This document shows, piece by piece, positions 1 to 13,027 of a DNA stretch of 64,000 nt. Under the pieces are notes generated by a model that worked only from the letters and a program-made list of their open reading frames with translations, was not told the DNA's origin and ran no database searches. Location: NCBI RefSeq assembly GCF_009914755.1, contig NC_060927.1; one strand, given 5' to 3'. How positions within the stretch are numbered: position 1 is the first letter of the stretch; each line of letters begins with the position of its first letter. Made by a program: the position numbers and the translations under genes. Origin of the DNA: the human T2T-CHM13v2.0 reference genome, Homo sapiens.

Positions 1-85
1 CTGGTCTTGAACTCCTGACCTTGTGATCCACCCGCCTCGGCCTCCCAAAGTGCTGGGATTACAGGCGTGAGCCACCACACTGGCC
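1..85 (-). mobile_element. Alu, 5' end (cut by window edge)
   Basis: Reverse-strand Alu left-arm consensus (ctcccaaagtgctgggattacaggcgtgagccacc). Confidence 0.95.
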
Positions 86-365
86 CCATGCCTCCTTTTG
101 ACATTGTTAGCTGCAGACAGTGCCCAGACTGAGTCTGGGGACTCAAGAGGCTCCCTCCAGCCTGGGAGCCCACACAGTTAGGCCCGGCCTGGGGACTGGT
201 GGGCCCCACCTATTGGCTGGGCTGCCAATACTAACTGTAGCTCCAGCCACTCAGCACCTGCCTGTGGCTCCCCAGGGCTGAAGAAGAAAGGGAAAACTTC
301 AGCACATTCCCTCCCCTCAACTCTTCCCAGGCTCAAAGCCACATGCAGGCAAAAAGTAAAGGGAC

Positions 366-495
366 CCGGTAAGGTAGCACATGCCTGTAGTCCCAGTTAC
401 TCAAGAGGCTGAGGCAGGAGGATCTCTTGAGCCCAGGAGTTCAAGTCCAGCCTGGGCAACATACTGACACCCCGTCTCTACAACATGTAAAAAGA
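366..495 (+). mobile_element. Alu monomer (FLAM-like)
   Basis: About 130 bp single arm: tgcctgtagtcccag...gaggctgaggcaggaggat...cagcctgggcaaca, A-rich end. Confidence 0.8.
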
Positions 496-2756
496 ACCAG
501 AGACAGGCAGTGGCCAGACTCTGTAGCGTGTAGAGCAGTGGCTCTAGGCAAGGCCCTGAGCTGGTGGTCTCCGGAGTTCCTATGGGAGGCTGACGGCCCC
601 CAGTGGACTAAGGTAGGGGTGGGGGACTGGAGCCCCTAGGCATCAGCCCAGGTCAACTCCCAAAAACTCTGATGCAAGAGGAACCTAAGAAGGCCCCTAG
701 GTCCGGTCCCCCATTGTACAACCTTGAAGATGAGGGCCTAGGCAGCCTGAGAAAACATCTAGGACCTCTAGGCCAGAGTAAGAAACCCTGTACAATGCCC
801 TGAGGAGAGGGAGGAAGTGGGTAAGACTTGGGGGACCACCTTGGGCGGGGAATCCAGGGACTTCTGCCATCATCCTGCTCTTCCCTAAACTGGCAGTTTC
901 TGACTACCAGGAGCATGACTACCTCTGCCTCGGGGAAAGCACAGCCCTGTGGTTTACCCCAAATCCTCCCACATTCTTTGTGCCCCATTCACAGCTTGAA
1001 TCTGGTTTGATTTCCAGCCTGGCCCAGAGCTCCTCCTGCAGGACCCCCAAAACCTGAAAAGAAACTAGGGTATCAATCCTCACTCTCCCCTCCTGTCCAG
1101 GGTTGCATGTAGGGGTGCTCCCTTGCTCTCCTGTGGGTAGGCTGTGACAGGAACTCTGGGGTCTTCTGGCCTAGCCCCTGCCACCCTGAGCAAGTGGATC
1201 CAGCCCCAGCCCCAGCCCCTGTGGTCCCCACCTCTCAGCCCTTGCCCCAAGCCCTCCTCCCTCCCCTGAGACCCTGGGATTCAGAAGGATCTACAGAAAA
1301 GGCCAGAACCTTTACGCAATTTCCATGCCTTTTCCCCTCTTCCTCAGCTAACAGCCACCCCCACACCTTCCTTTCCAAATCTTCCCTACCCCTCACTGTC
1401 CAGCAGGTGCAGCCCCCTCTCCTCCAGGAACCTCCCCCACCACTGATCCTGGTCTGCCTGTACCAAGCACTTTTCCTTCCTGGGTAAGGCAGAAAGCCTG
1501 GTGCAGATTTGCTCCTCCTTGTACCCACGGCCCTGCTTGAGGCTGGCATCGGGGAGAGGAAGCAGCACTCAGTGAGCACCTCTGGGCCTGTCTCCGGTCC
1601 CCAGGAGCTATCTTCTGCCCTCCGCTGCCTTTGTCCTACGAGCTTCCTACCTCTGATTTTGGCAAGAGGGGCATCCACCCAGGCCTTCTGAATGTTCCTC
1701 TAGAACAAAGAGTAAGAGAGCGTTCTCAAGTTCCAAGGACAAAACCTTTCACTGAAAGTAACGAGGGCAGTTTCTAGGCCCCATTCTGCCCTTAAGGGTG
1801 CCTCCATCTGCTTACCCACTGCATGGGTGCCAAGGGAAAACACTGGCATCCTGCCTTACCTCCACCCAGGAGACCTCTCAGGCCCTGGCCTCATTCTGCC
1901 TGTGCTGCACCCTGGGCCTGCTTGCTGGCTGGCAGTTGCTCCCTGGCAGCAATCTGGAGCCTGTGGGGCCCATATGGCAACCCTGGTTTAACAGCAGCTC
2001 CAACCAGGCCATGATGGGCCATCCACAGCCCTACTTGTCAGAGCAACATGCTCCTAAGCCCAAGGCCAGCCATCAGAGCCTGCGAGGAGCAGTGGGCAGA
2101 ATCCTACCATTGCCAGGCATACTGGGGAACCTCAGGGGCACCCCATCCTCCCTAGTCTCAGCCTGCACGATCTCCAGTGGTCCCTCAGTGACATTCTGAG
2201 TGTCCATGTATCATCTTAGGGGGACAGCCCATATCCTTAGGGACTGACACCAGATCAAGAGGCATCACACTCACTACTGAAGGATACCTGCAGCCCTCTC
2301 CCCAGCCCCCTTCCTTCCTGATGGCTGCCACCTCCACCCCTTCTCATGACACGGAGGCCAGGCTTCCACTTTGAGGTCTCAGCTCTAATTTTGCTCCTCA
2401 GCTGTTCCTAACCACCTAGTCTGGAAAGCATTCCTGCTTTCCTGCTTGAGTCCCCAAGTCAGTCCCTGCAGGCTTCCCTTGGAACCCTTGGTTTTTATCT
2501 GTTTCCCACTCCCTGTAAGAACCACAGGGCAGGACCTTGTCTTCCCAGCCTCTATTGGGTTCCAAAGGCCTGGTCCAGGGCAGGTACTCAGTAAATAATT
2601 GCCAAGTGAATAAATGAATGTTCACTGCCAACAGCCTCCCATGCACAGATCATCTTACCCAGACTCTGCAGCCCACGGTCCACATCAACCACCTTTAAGC
2701 CTTTTCTTCTATTGCAACCCCACATCCACTGCCCTAACTGTCCTGCTGGCTGCTCA

Positions 2757-3645
<889 letters not shown>

Positions 3646-5199
3646 TCACTCCTGACTCCGGAGTGCCCCAGCCTGTGGTTCCTGCCACCTGTGGTGGCCA
3701 CCTGCACAGCCACCTCCTTGGATAAAGGGAGCCCCCTGCCTTCCTGGGTGCTAGAAAGGAAAGAATAAGAAACATGAGGCTAAGGACAGGGGCTCAGTAG
3801 TGAGATGAAGTCTCTCTAGGTTCTGAAAGCACTGGGGAGGTAAAGGTTTGAGGGCAAGAATGAGGGTAAGTTCAGGAGACATTAGGACACATACTTTACG
3901 TATCTACGGTGCCCCTGTTTTTGGGAACAAAAATGAAGCCCTGCATCCTCTGTCTGTGGGTGAGATGATCATAGTGATCAAACCTGGAAGATATGAAAGG
4001 CAGCGGGGATGTTTGAAAGAAAAAGTCTCCCTCCCCTGATCAAAAACTCCCCTCAACCTGCGTCCCCATATCCCCCACCTCCCCATATCCACCTCCTCAT
4101 TCCCTGCCTCCCACATCCCTCATCCTGCTTGGGGGAAAAAATACCACAGCTTTTTCCTTTCCTGGAGGGAAACACTTGCCCAAGAGTCAGACAGGCCTGT
4201 CTTTGAAACCTAGCTCAGCTGCTTAACTAGTGATCCCTAGAAAGTCACTCCACCTCTCTGTGTCTCCGTTTTCCTGAGTCTAAGGTGGGGATATTGAGAA
4301 CATCCCCACAGGGTCATGGGGTTACAGAAATGGCAGAACAAACAGGTGTCGAAGAAAGACTTAGCTCAGCACAACCCCCATCCACAGTAAGCATCCACTA
4401 CATGTTAGATTTTCTCCCCATGGCCAACCCAGTCACAAAGGGGAGCCAAGGGAGCCCCTGGACCCAGTCCACTGTATGGTCCAGACTATGCTTGGAGTGT
4501 GGGTGGAGGCTGATGTGGAAAGACCAGAAGACAAGAAGGAGAGAGAGGCTCTGGTTCTCTGGCGGGGCTTCTCCGCAGGCTCTCGGGGACATTGGACTGC
4601 CCTCCCCACCCACCAACAATAGAGGGGCTGCTAGGGTCAAGGAGAAAGGCGAGGCAGGAATGGAGCTCCCAGTGTGGGTGCCTTCTCTTCCTTTACCCTC
4701 CTCCCCTGGAAGCAGAGGGTGAGAGATTTGCCCAGTGCAGAGGGCCCTGGTTAAGGTGGGGTGGGAAGAGGTGCCAGCCAAGCTGCAGATGGGACGGCCT
4801 AGGGAGAGGAGGGATACCTAGCTCGTGGGTGCATACATCCCCCTGTGCTGGTTCATGGGCATTAGTGGGGTTGCCTCCCTGTGCAGATGCATGGGCGTGT
4901 GTGAGATGTGTAAACACCTCTGATGGTCCCTGAGGAAGGGGCAAGGCTGGCAGAGGGTTATGGGGTAGAAAGGCTCATCCCTCTTTGCCTTCTCCCTCCA
5001 GCTAGGCTGGGCACATCTGGGCACATAGGAAGTCCCGGGTTCTTTTCTTGGCTTTGCAACTGATCCCGGGCGTGACCTTGGGCCAAACCCTTAACTCGTG
5101 CCCTGGGGCTCTGTTAACATCGCCTCCCAAAGGAGAGAAGAGGCCCTACTGACCACTTTCCAGGCCTGCCTCAGGGTCCAAAGGGGAAGGGAAGGAAAC

Positions 5200-5900
5200 C
5201 GGGGTAAAAGGGGTCGGCACCGCGACCTTCGAGAACCCGCATGCTGTTCTCCACCAGGTCTCTCAGTCCTCCCTGCCCCAATCCCCATGCCCGCCTCCGC
5301 GACCCTGTGATGCCTCCCTTCTTGCACAGGAGCAGTGACCTCAGCACTTACTTAATCCTCTCCCGGCGCCGAGCTCAGTTGGAGAGGCTAGGGGTGGTAG
5401 TGACTGGCAGGAGGCCGGGGCGGGGGGAACCCCCAAGCCCGGCGTCTGGGGCTGCGGGTCCGACCCGAGATCCGCCCTCCCTGCAAGCCCCGAGCCGCTG
5501 GCCAGGCCCGCTACTGCGCACCAGCCGCATCCGCGAGCGCTGGCTCTGCCGGCCTGAGCTAGGGTGGGTAGGGCCGGGACCCACGGCGGAGGTGGGGCCG
5601 GGCCGAGCAGCCTCGGGGGATCCCCGAAGCTACAGCGCCTTGCCTCCCTGCACGCTCCGCGCCCCCGGCCTCCGATTGGCTGTCGGGCCTAGAGCCCGCC
5701 CAGAATTGGACCGTTCGCTTGTCGCTCGGGTCTGGCTCCACCCCCAGAGGGAGCCTAGAACCTGGTCGCAGTTTTTAGAGACTACCCTCACCCCGTGGCC
5801 TGCGCCGAAGTTGGGCGGAGGACAGTGGGTGGCCAGGCCCTTCCGGGCCAGAACTCGGGACCCCTGCCAGCTACCCGTGCCAGGACAGACTCAAGCCCCC
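5200..5900 (-). promoter_or_regulatory. C3orf18: CpG-island promoter and non-coding first exon of C3orf18
   Basis: CpG-dense; minus-strand donor TAA|GTAAGT at 5351; two minus-strand CCAAT boxes (near 5675 and 5706); GC boxes. Confidence 0.75.
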
Positions 5901-6334
5901 AAAACGCGGATGGATGTACAGAGGAGACTTGGGGAGAGCACTGGACTGGGAGTCCTTGGGCCTGCACTGAACTCTGGCTGACTTTGTGACCTTGAAGAAA
6001 CTGCTTTTCCCTTCCTGAACCTTGGCTTTCTACTCAGACGGGTCCTCTGGTGTGAGGGTTCTAGACGAAGATGGGGAATCTTCGTCTACAGAAGTTGAGA
6101 GTGGGGTGGATTTATTATTGGGCACCCCGACCCAGGCAAGTCTACATATACCCTCACAATAGCTTCCATCCACGGCATGATCAGCTCAGGGAAGGAGCCC
6201 TCAGATACTCCTGATCCGCCGGTTTTCAAAGTAGTTTATGGGAGTCACCGGGTAGCCTGGTACAAATGCAAACGCCCCTGTGTCTCCCGGTCTGGGAAGG
6301 AGGCAGGGAAACAGCATGTTTAATAGCAGTTTAA

Positions 6335-6650
6335 GGCCGGGCGTGGTGGCTCACTCCTGTAATCCCAGCACTTTGAGAGGCCGAGGCGATGGATCACCTG
6401 AAGTCAGGAGTTCGAGACCAGCCTGACCAACATGGTGAAACCCTGTCTCTATTAAAAATACAGAATTAGCCGGTCGTGTTGGCTCACGCCTGTAATCCCA
6501 GCTACTTGGGAGGCTGAGGCAGGAGAATGGCTTGAACCCGGAGGCCGAGGTTGCAGTGAGCAGAGATCGCGCCATTGTACTTCAGCCTGCGCAACAAGAG
6601 CAAAACTCCGTCTCAAAAAAAAAAAAAAAAAAGAAAAAAAGAAAAAAAAA
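6335..6650 (+). mobile_element. AluS (Sp/Sq-like)
   Basis: Full-length Alu from ggccgggcgtgg to a long A tail. Confidence 0.95.
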
Positions 6651-6799
6651 GTAGTTAACAGTGTTCTAGTTAACAGTACTTTCTGGTGGGGAGATGTTGA
6701 CAAGACACACTTTGCGAGACGCTGCCGAGTATTTTATAGAAGGCGCAACTGAGGTCCAGAGGTCCCAACACCTGGAGGAGTTGCCAATAGAGTCAAGAT

Positions 6800-7460
6800 T
6801 CGAATCGGTAAAAGAGCGGCCCCTGGGGTCTGGCCGCCAGTCGGCCGACCCCCTGGTGGGCTCGGGCCACTGACCTCGGTAGGGTCACGACACTGGGACT
6901 GGACCCCAAAGTTGGACCAGCCTTCAACACTGGAACCCGCCCATGCACAGCTCCACCCGGCCCCCAGGCTAAGATAGACCACGCCCCCGGACATCTGGTC
7001 CCCGCCGGAACACCCGGGCCCTCTGGTGACACGCCCCCTTTCCGGCAGGCTACTGGGCTCCGCCCACACACCTCCCGGCCTGGTTCCTAAACGCCAGCTC
7101 GGAGCAATCCCCTTGGGCTGGAGCCAAATCCCTGCTGTGATTTTAAGGAAGACCGGCAGGTCCGGGCCCCCAAGGGTCAACCCCACACACATCCCCGCAC
7201 TTTCCTGTATGCAGGCCTGCGAGCGTAGAGGGAGTGGAATTCACAGCCTCCCCACCCATCCGCAGGGGTCTCCTGGGAGGAACCCACCAGCGATAGGAAC
7301 ACTGAAGCTGGGCTACGGCGTCCGCCCGAGCCTTTTCTTAAAGGCGCCGACCCCGGAAGCGGGGCGTCCGAGGGAGCGCGCGACGGGCCACGCACGTCCG
7401 GGCGTCCAGTTCGGGGCAGCTTCTCCGGCTGGTGGGTGGGTGGGGCAGCCTTTCAGGCAG
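6800..7460 (+). promoter_or_regulatory. HEMK1: CpG-island promoter and non-coding exon 1 of HEMK1
   Basis: CpG-rich; ETS-type CCGGAA cores (near 7005, 7040, 7353); donor CAG|gtatgc at 7460/7461; next acceptor ttcctctcactcccag| at 8816 precedes the ATG exon. Confidence 0.75.
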
Positions 7461-7720
7461 GTATGCATGGGAGGTGGGGATCGGAACGGGGTGTTTCGAC
7501 TGCAACCGCCTGGAGACCCGGCCGGTACCATTCTCCATAGTGCAGATGGGGAAACAGGGTTGGAGAGAGGGGGCCTCATCTGGGTCGTTAACAATGCGGT
7601 GCGTAGCTGTGAGGGAGTTTACACTTCTGACTTCGGGCCTTGGCTCCTGGGACGGCGCACTGGTGCAAGAGCCGCTTCTGGAGTCTGGTGGACTCGGGTT
7701 CGTGTCTTGCCTGGGACAGT

Positions 7721-8024
7721 CTTTTTTTTCTTTTTTTTGAGACGGAGTCTCTCTCTGGCACCCAGGCTGGAGTGCAGTGGCATGACCGCGGCTCGCTGCA
7801 ACTTCCGCCTGCTTGAACTGGGTTCAAGCAGTTCTCCTGCCTCAGCCTCCCAAGTAGCTGGGACTACAGGTGCGCGTCAGTATGCCCGGCCAATTTTTTG
7901 TATTTTTAGTAGAGACAGGGTTTCACCATGCTGGCCAGGCTGGTCTCGAACTCCTGACCTCGTGATCCGCCCACCTCGGCCTCCCAGAGTGCTGGGATTA
8001 CAGGCGTGAGCCACCGTGCCCAGC
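7721..8024 (-). mobile_element. AluS with 14-bp TSD
   Basis: TSD ttgcctgggacagt at 7707-7720 and 8025-8038. Confidence 0.95.
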
Positions 8025-8990
8025 TTGCCTGGGACAGTTTCTACCTGAGTGACGCTGGGCAAGTCGCTTCCCTTCTCTGACCCTACTTGTATCTGAAGAT
8101 GTGGCACTTAGCAGGTGCTTAATAAACGCTAGTTTGGACTTTTATCTGGAAGCAAAGGGGACCGCTGATTTTAAACCTTCAGTTAAACTTGCTTGTGACC
8201 TCTTTAAATATACAATTGTAAATTTTTTAGTTGGTGGTTTACGCTGATGTCCTGGATTATAGGTTAAATTAGGAGGAAATTTTCAGCATGTACATCCATG
8301 ACAGTACACACACAATGTCAGATTCAAAGCTCCCAATTAAAGGCAATCATCTGCCTCTTGTAACATCAGTTAAGATCATGTAACATCTGGTCCCTGCTGT
8401 GTGTTGAGCTGCCTCCCAGGCCTTGGATATTCATAGACTAATGCATTGCTTGCCATGGGTTTGGTGTGATTTTCCCCCATCTTATGGATTAAGAAAGTGA
8501 AAATCAGAAATAATGACTTGCTCAAGATCACACACGCTAGGTTAGACACAGATCTGTCCTGTCCCCACATATGTGCCCTAACCTACCACCAACCCGTTTA
8601 TTAGCAGAGACTGAGCTATGGGCTCAGCCCACTCCAGCTAAAAATGTGAAGAAAACGTAAGTGGCCAAGACAAGAATGATCAAATAGGTGGGTAAGGCTC
8701 TAAATGGAGTCAAGGGGGTGTCAGAGCAAGAGCACAACTATTCTCAGGCAATGTATTGGTAGAAGGGGGGGTGTCATACAAGGCTCACCTGCTTTCCTGG
8801 TTCCTCTCACTCCCAGGGTGGCAACCAACTATATCTGAGGACCAGAGCCATTTTGGGGCACCAGAGCTTGTGACCTCTCCATCTCCACCCAGCTGGGTCC
8901 AGGGGCCACTCTCAGCACTCACCTCAGCAGCTGACATCATAAAGCAGACTTGGGAACCTGGAAGCACTCTGGAGAACCTTTCCCTGAGAC

Positions 8991-9218
8991 ATGGAGCTTT
9001 GGGGCCGAATGCTGTGGGCCCTCCTGTCTGGCCCAGGGAGGAGGGGAAGTACCCGGGGCTGGGCCTTCAGCTCATGGCAACCCCAACCACCTCTGGCTGG
9101 GTTATCCAGTGCCATAGAACTGGTCAGCCACTGGACTGGGGTCTTTGAGAAGAGGGGTATCCCTGAGGCCCGGGAATCCAGTGAGTACATCGTGGCTCAT
9201 GTCCTTGGAGCCAAAACA
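8991..9218 (+). CDS. HEMK1: HEMK1 coding exon 1 (aa 1-76; Arg-rich mitochondrial-presequence-like N-terminus). Exon starts at 8817
   Basis: gagacATGG Kozak; [24 protein letters not shown]...VLGAKT; donor ACA|gttaag keeps frame with the next exon. Confidence 0.93.
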
Positions 9219-9595
9219 GTTAAGTTTAGTGTTGTCAAGAGGACAGGAAGAGGGAGGAGGGAGGACTTGGGGAAGGGATATCCAGGTTTTCTGTTCACTA
9301 AGAGTGCTTAGCTGAGACTGATGGGATTTTTCTGAAGGAACGTCTTAGCGCCTGGCACACACTGTAACAGTTTGTTGGATGAATGAATATATCTCTGCCT
9401 AAGTGTTCTGGGATAGACACCTGGAAGCCTGGTGTTAGCTGTGTAACCTTAGGCAGGATGCTGCCCCCTCTGGGCCCAGATGATGAGAGGGTTGGGCCTC
9501 CAGACCAGTGCTGGGCAGGCATTATCCACATAAGACACCTGGGTTGGGGGCCTTGGGCCCAGTGAGCCAGCCACTTACATTCTCTGTGGGGACAG

Positions 9596-9687
9596 TTTCA
9601 GAGCCTGAGGCCGGCACTTTGGACCCAGCCCTTGACCTCTCAGCAACTACAGTGTATCCGGGAGCTGAGTAGCCGTCGATTGCAGAG
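9596..9687 (+). CDS. HEMK1: HEMK1 coding exon 2 (FQSLRPALW...RRLQ)
   Basis: acag| ... AG|gtgagc; 92 nt; frame-consistent; missed by the ORF track. Confidence 0.93.
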
Positions 9688-10000
9688 GTGAGCACCCATG
9701 GATCAGACCTGAAGGATGTGTTCAGGGAGCAGCAGTCCAGCCTCCCCTATCCCCACCAAGTTCAGGGAGGAGGAGAATGTCCAAGGACTAGGGAGGTGTT
9801 GGGGTGCAGGAGTGGCAAGAGTGGGGCCGGGGTACTGAATAGGAAGAAGGGAGGGAGGGAGGGTTTTGCCTCAGGAGTCCCAAGGCCCTGGAGACATGGT
9901 CTTGCCTGATACCTTTGGCCACAAGTGGTATCTCAACCCAGGCATGGTCCTGTTGGTCCTAGCTCTGTCCCTGATGACCACCCAGCTGCCCCCTCTGCAG

Positions 10001-10094
10001 GATGCCGGTGCAGTACATCCTTGGAGAGTGGGACTTCCAGGGGCTCAGCCTAAGGATGGTGCCCCCAGTGTTTATTCCTCGGCCAGAAACAGAG
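10001..10094 (+). CDS. HEMK1: HEMK1 coding exon 3 ([12 protein letters not shown]...FIPRPETE)
   Basis: HemK/PrmC signature PxQYIxG...IPRPETE; ctgcag| ... GAG|gtaggt. Confidence 0.96.
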
Positions 10095-13027
10095 GTAGGT
10101 GTGCCACCAGGGCAAGGCAGGATCAGGATGATGGTGGAGTTCAGGGCACCAGTCTTACCCCAGGCTTCCTCCAGGGGGCACTGGGGCCCCATGACTTCAG
10201 GGACAGTGCCTTTCTAGACATGTATTTCCTCTCTGACTGTGTTGGCAGAGCCCAGAGGACAGGGGATTCCTGTTGGTCCCCTTGACTGTTATGTTCCAAG
10301 CTATCAACCCAGCCTCTAGGTCTGGCAATGGCCCAGAGTGCCTCAAATAGTGCTGCCCAAGTACTTAGCCTGTTCTGCCATTTCTCTGGGAGCCATCCCA
10401 TGGCTCACCCAACCCACAGGGAACAAATGTCTTCCAGCAGCTTCTCAGGAGGCATGGAGGAAGTGGAGAGGGCTCCAGCCGGACACCTGGAGACCTGGTA
10501 TCAGCTGTGCAACCTTGGGCAGGTCACTGCCCTCCTGCCATCTCTGGGCCCAGATGATGAGAGGGTTAGCCCTCCAGCCCAGAGAATCTGGTGGCCCTCT
10601 TAGGTCTACTGACTGGTCTGGTAATCACCTGTGTTGTCCCTCAAATTACTAGGACTAGGGATGTGTGGCGCAAGTGTGTTATCCCTTGGTAAGGCACCCT
10701 GGTCCTGGAAGAGACGCTTTATATGGCCCTTCTTGGACTCCCCTCTGACCTTGTAGATGACAGAGCTGGGAGCCAGAGGGCGCAGACCAGGGAGTAGAGC
10801 TGGGTGAGAGCTGGTGGGCAAGCCAGAGGGCGCCAGGTTCTGAGAAGGAGTGTTTCTAGAAAGACCTAGGCACACAAACATTTCTGGGAAAGGTTAGTTC
10901 CCATTCCCCTGCTGTGGCCAGGGGGCCCCAAACCCTTCTTTCACTTTCTCAGCTTCTGTCCCCTAGCCAAGAAACTCTCTGACCCCTCTCCTCTCCATAT
11001 CATGTGGTTGGGAGGCCAGGTCCTTGCTTCACTGCCCAGTGTCAGGGCAGGGACAGTAGGGAATCTGAGGCCTTGCTGAAGTCACAGGGCTGTCAAGGAA
11101 GGGAGCATGGGGGCAGCACGTGGACTTCCTGACTCCCAGCTCAGAGCCCCATCCCTCACATGGGGCTGCCCCATCTGGGATTGGCATGACCTAGGACACA
11201 GTATGGAGACCCAGAGCAGGGTGTGGCCTGCCACCTGCAGACTTTGGGAGGCTTACCTGTGGCTCCTGAAAACACGTGATCTCTGGCGAAGAGATCATTT
11301 GCTGTCTCCGGCTTCCCAGGGTCAGGGCATGGTGACTTTTGAGTTCCTTCAGAGCTGACCTGGCACCAGCCATATGTGCCAGGGTTCTGAGTATCAAGTG
11401 TGGACTTTGGCTCCCATGTGGCCCCCTGATTCTTGGATGGGTCTGGGCCAAGAGAGCAGCTCTACTGCAAGGGGTGGGGTGAGGGGAGATGCTGCGATTG
11501 GGAGGCCAGGTGCTCATCTTGCTGTGCAGACATTTCTGAGAACTCACCAGGTTCACCCCAATGTAAAGCCACATCGGGGGATGCCTTACCAAGAACTCAA
11601 GAGGACGTGGCCTGTGGCAGGGAGTAGTGAGAATGGGTGCAGGGGATGGTTTCTGATGAAAGGGGAGTCTGAAGTGCAAACTTGCAGGAGGCATGTGCCC
11701 AGTGAGTTGCATTTTCCCTAAGGGTGAGAAGGTGGTTCAGCCCCTGGCCTGGCAGTGAATACAGTAGGAAACTCAGGGCTGGGGGTGTGAACCATTCTCA
11801 CCCAGCCTGCTGTGAGGCTGTACAGGTTGTGGGAGGCTCAGTGTTTTGTCTGTGATTGGCTTGAAGGAGGCAATGCCACCTCCCTGGGTCTGCCCCACCA
11901 GGGATGCCATCCTAATAGAGGGTACTCATGGGCACTTAGGTTCTGCCCAGGCCTTGGGCCAGCCTCTTGATGGGGTATGGAGTCCATGTTGGGGCAGCAG
12001 TTCTAGGCAGAGCCAACAACTGCCTGCCCCTCACCTCTTTCCCGCATGCGTCTGTGCCCCACCCTGTTCTTGGATTCTTACCATATTCACCTGGAGGGGG
12101 TGCCCTGAGCCTGTGACCAGCATGGCTTTTAGTCTTGCCGAAAGAGCCACCAGCGTTAGGCTGAGGGAGGCTCTTCACTAGGAGGAGAAGAGAAAGTTTC
12201 TGGACTCCTTGGGCTGTTATCTACCCCTGCCCCAGGTGGCTCTACAACCAAGATGAGTTTCCGGTGCTCTGGAGTGTTATGGCAAACAAGAGGCCACTAG
12301 TGGTGGCAGGGGCTCAGTTTCTTAGCTTCTTACCCTCCCCAAGGTGGCCATCCACATACGTGGTGTGTGTCTTTGAGGTCTTTGAGTATCTCTGTGAGGT
12401 GGCTGGCCAGTGTGGCTGGCTGAGGGGTCATTCTCCAGCCAGAGTAGGTCTGTCTATGACCAGGAAACCAAGAGAGGCTTACACACCTGACAACAACTGG
12501 TCACCCTACCAACCTCTCAGCTTGTGGCCTCACCACTGAGACCACAGGCTCTCAGCCACAGCCCTATACTGCTCACTCTGTACCTGGCCCAACCTTGCAG
12601 GCTAAGCTTGCCACAAGTACCTTAGTGGTCTCCAGTAGTGCCTGGCACAGGGCTGGTGAGAGCTAGTGAATACACACTCTCTCCTGCTGGAACTGGGCCC
12701 CCTCACCCACAGGCAATCATTTGTTAGGTGCAGAAGAGGCTTGGAACATGGAGGGTTGGACCTGCTGGCCAAGTTCTGCCTGCTTTGGACTTGCCACCCT
12801 CAGGGTGGGTGAACATTGTTGCTGGGTTTGGGGGCCTGGAAGGGTGAGATGCTTTTTGGAACCCAGCACTGGGGAACTTATGTGGAAAATGGGTGTGAGT
12901 GATCTGGAGCCCTCTGCTCCATTGGGCCTGGCTGATGGCATTGGGGTGTGGGGGAGACCTGGGGGTGTGAGACTCAGAGGGTGGTGCCACAGAGAGCTTG
13001 CCCATCACTTAGAAAGTAGCCAAGAGG

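Noticed and set aside
5241-5981. 246-aa ORF, and similar Pro/Arg/Gly-rich ORFs at 49429-50061 and 54767-55632
   Set aside because: Typical GC-rich CpG-island open frames overlapping promoters; low-complexity translations.
7026-8009. 327-aa ORF, the longest in the track
   Set aside because: Non-ATG start; runs through a stop-poor CpG island into an antisense Alu (LECSG...[10 protein letters not shown] peptide); no recognisable domain.
9478-10612. Box C-like ATGATGA in both copies of the HEMK1 intronic repeat (possible C/D snoRNAs)
   Set aside because: No consistent box D or terminal stem in both copies, and no recognisable rRNA guide.
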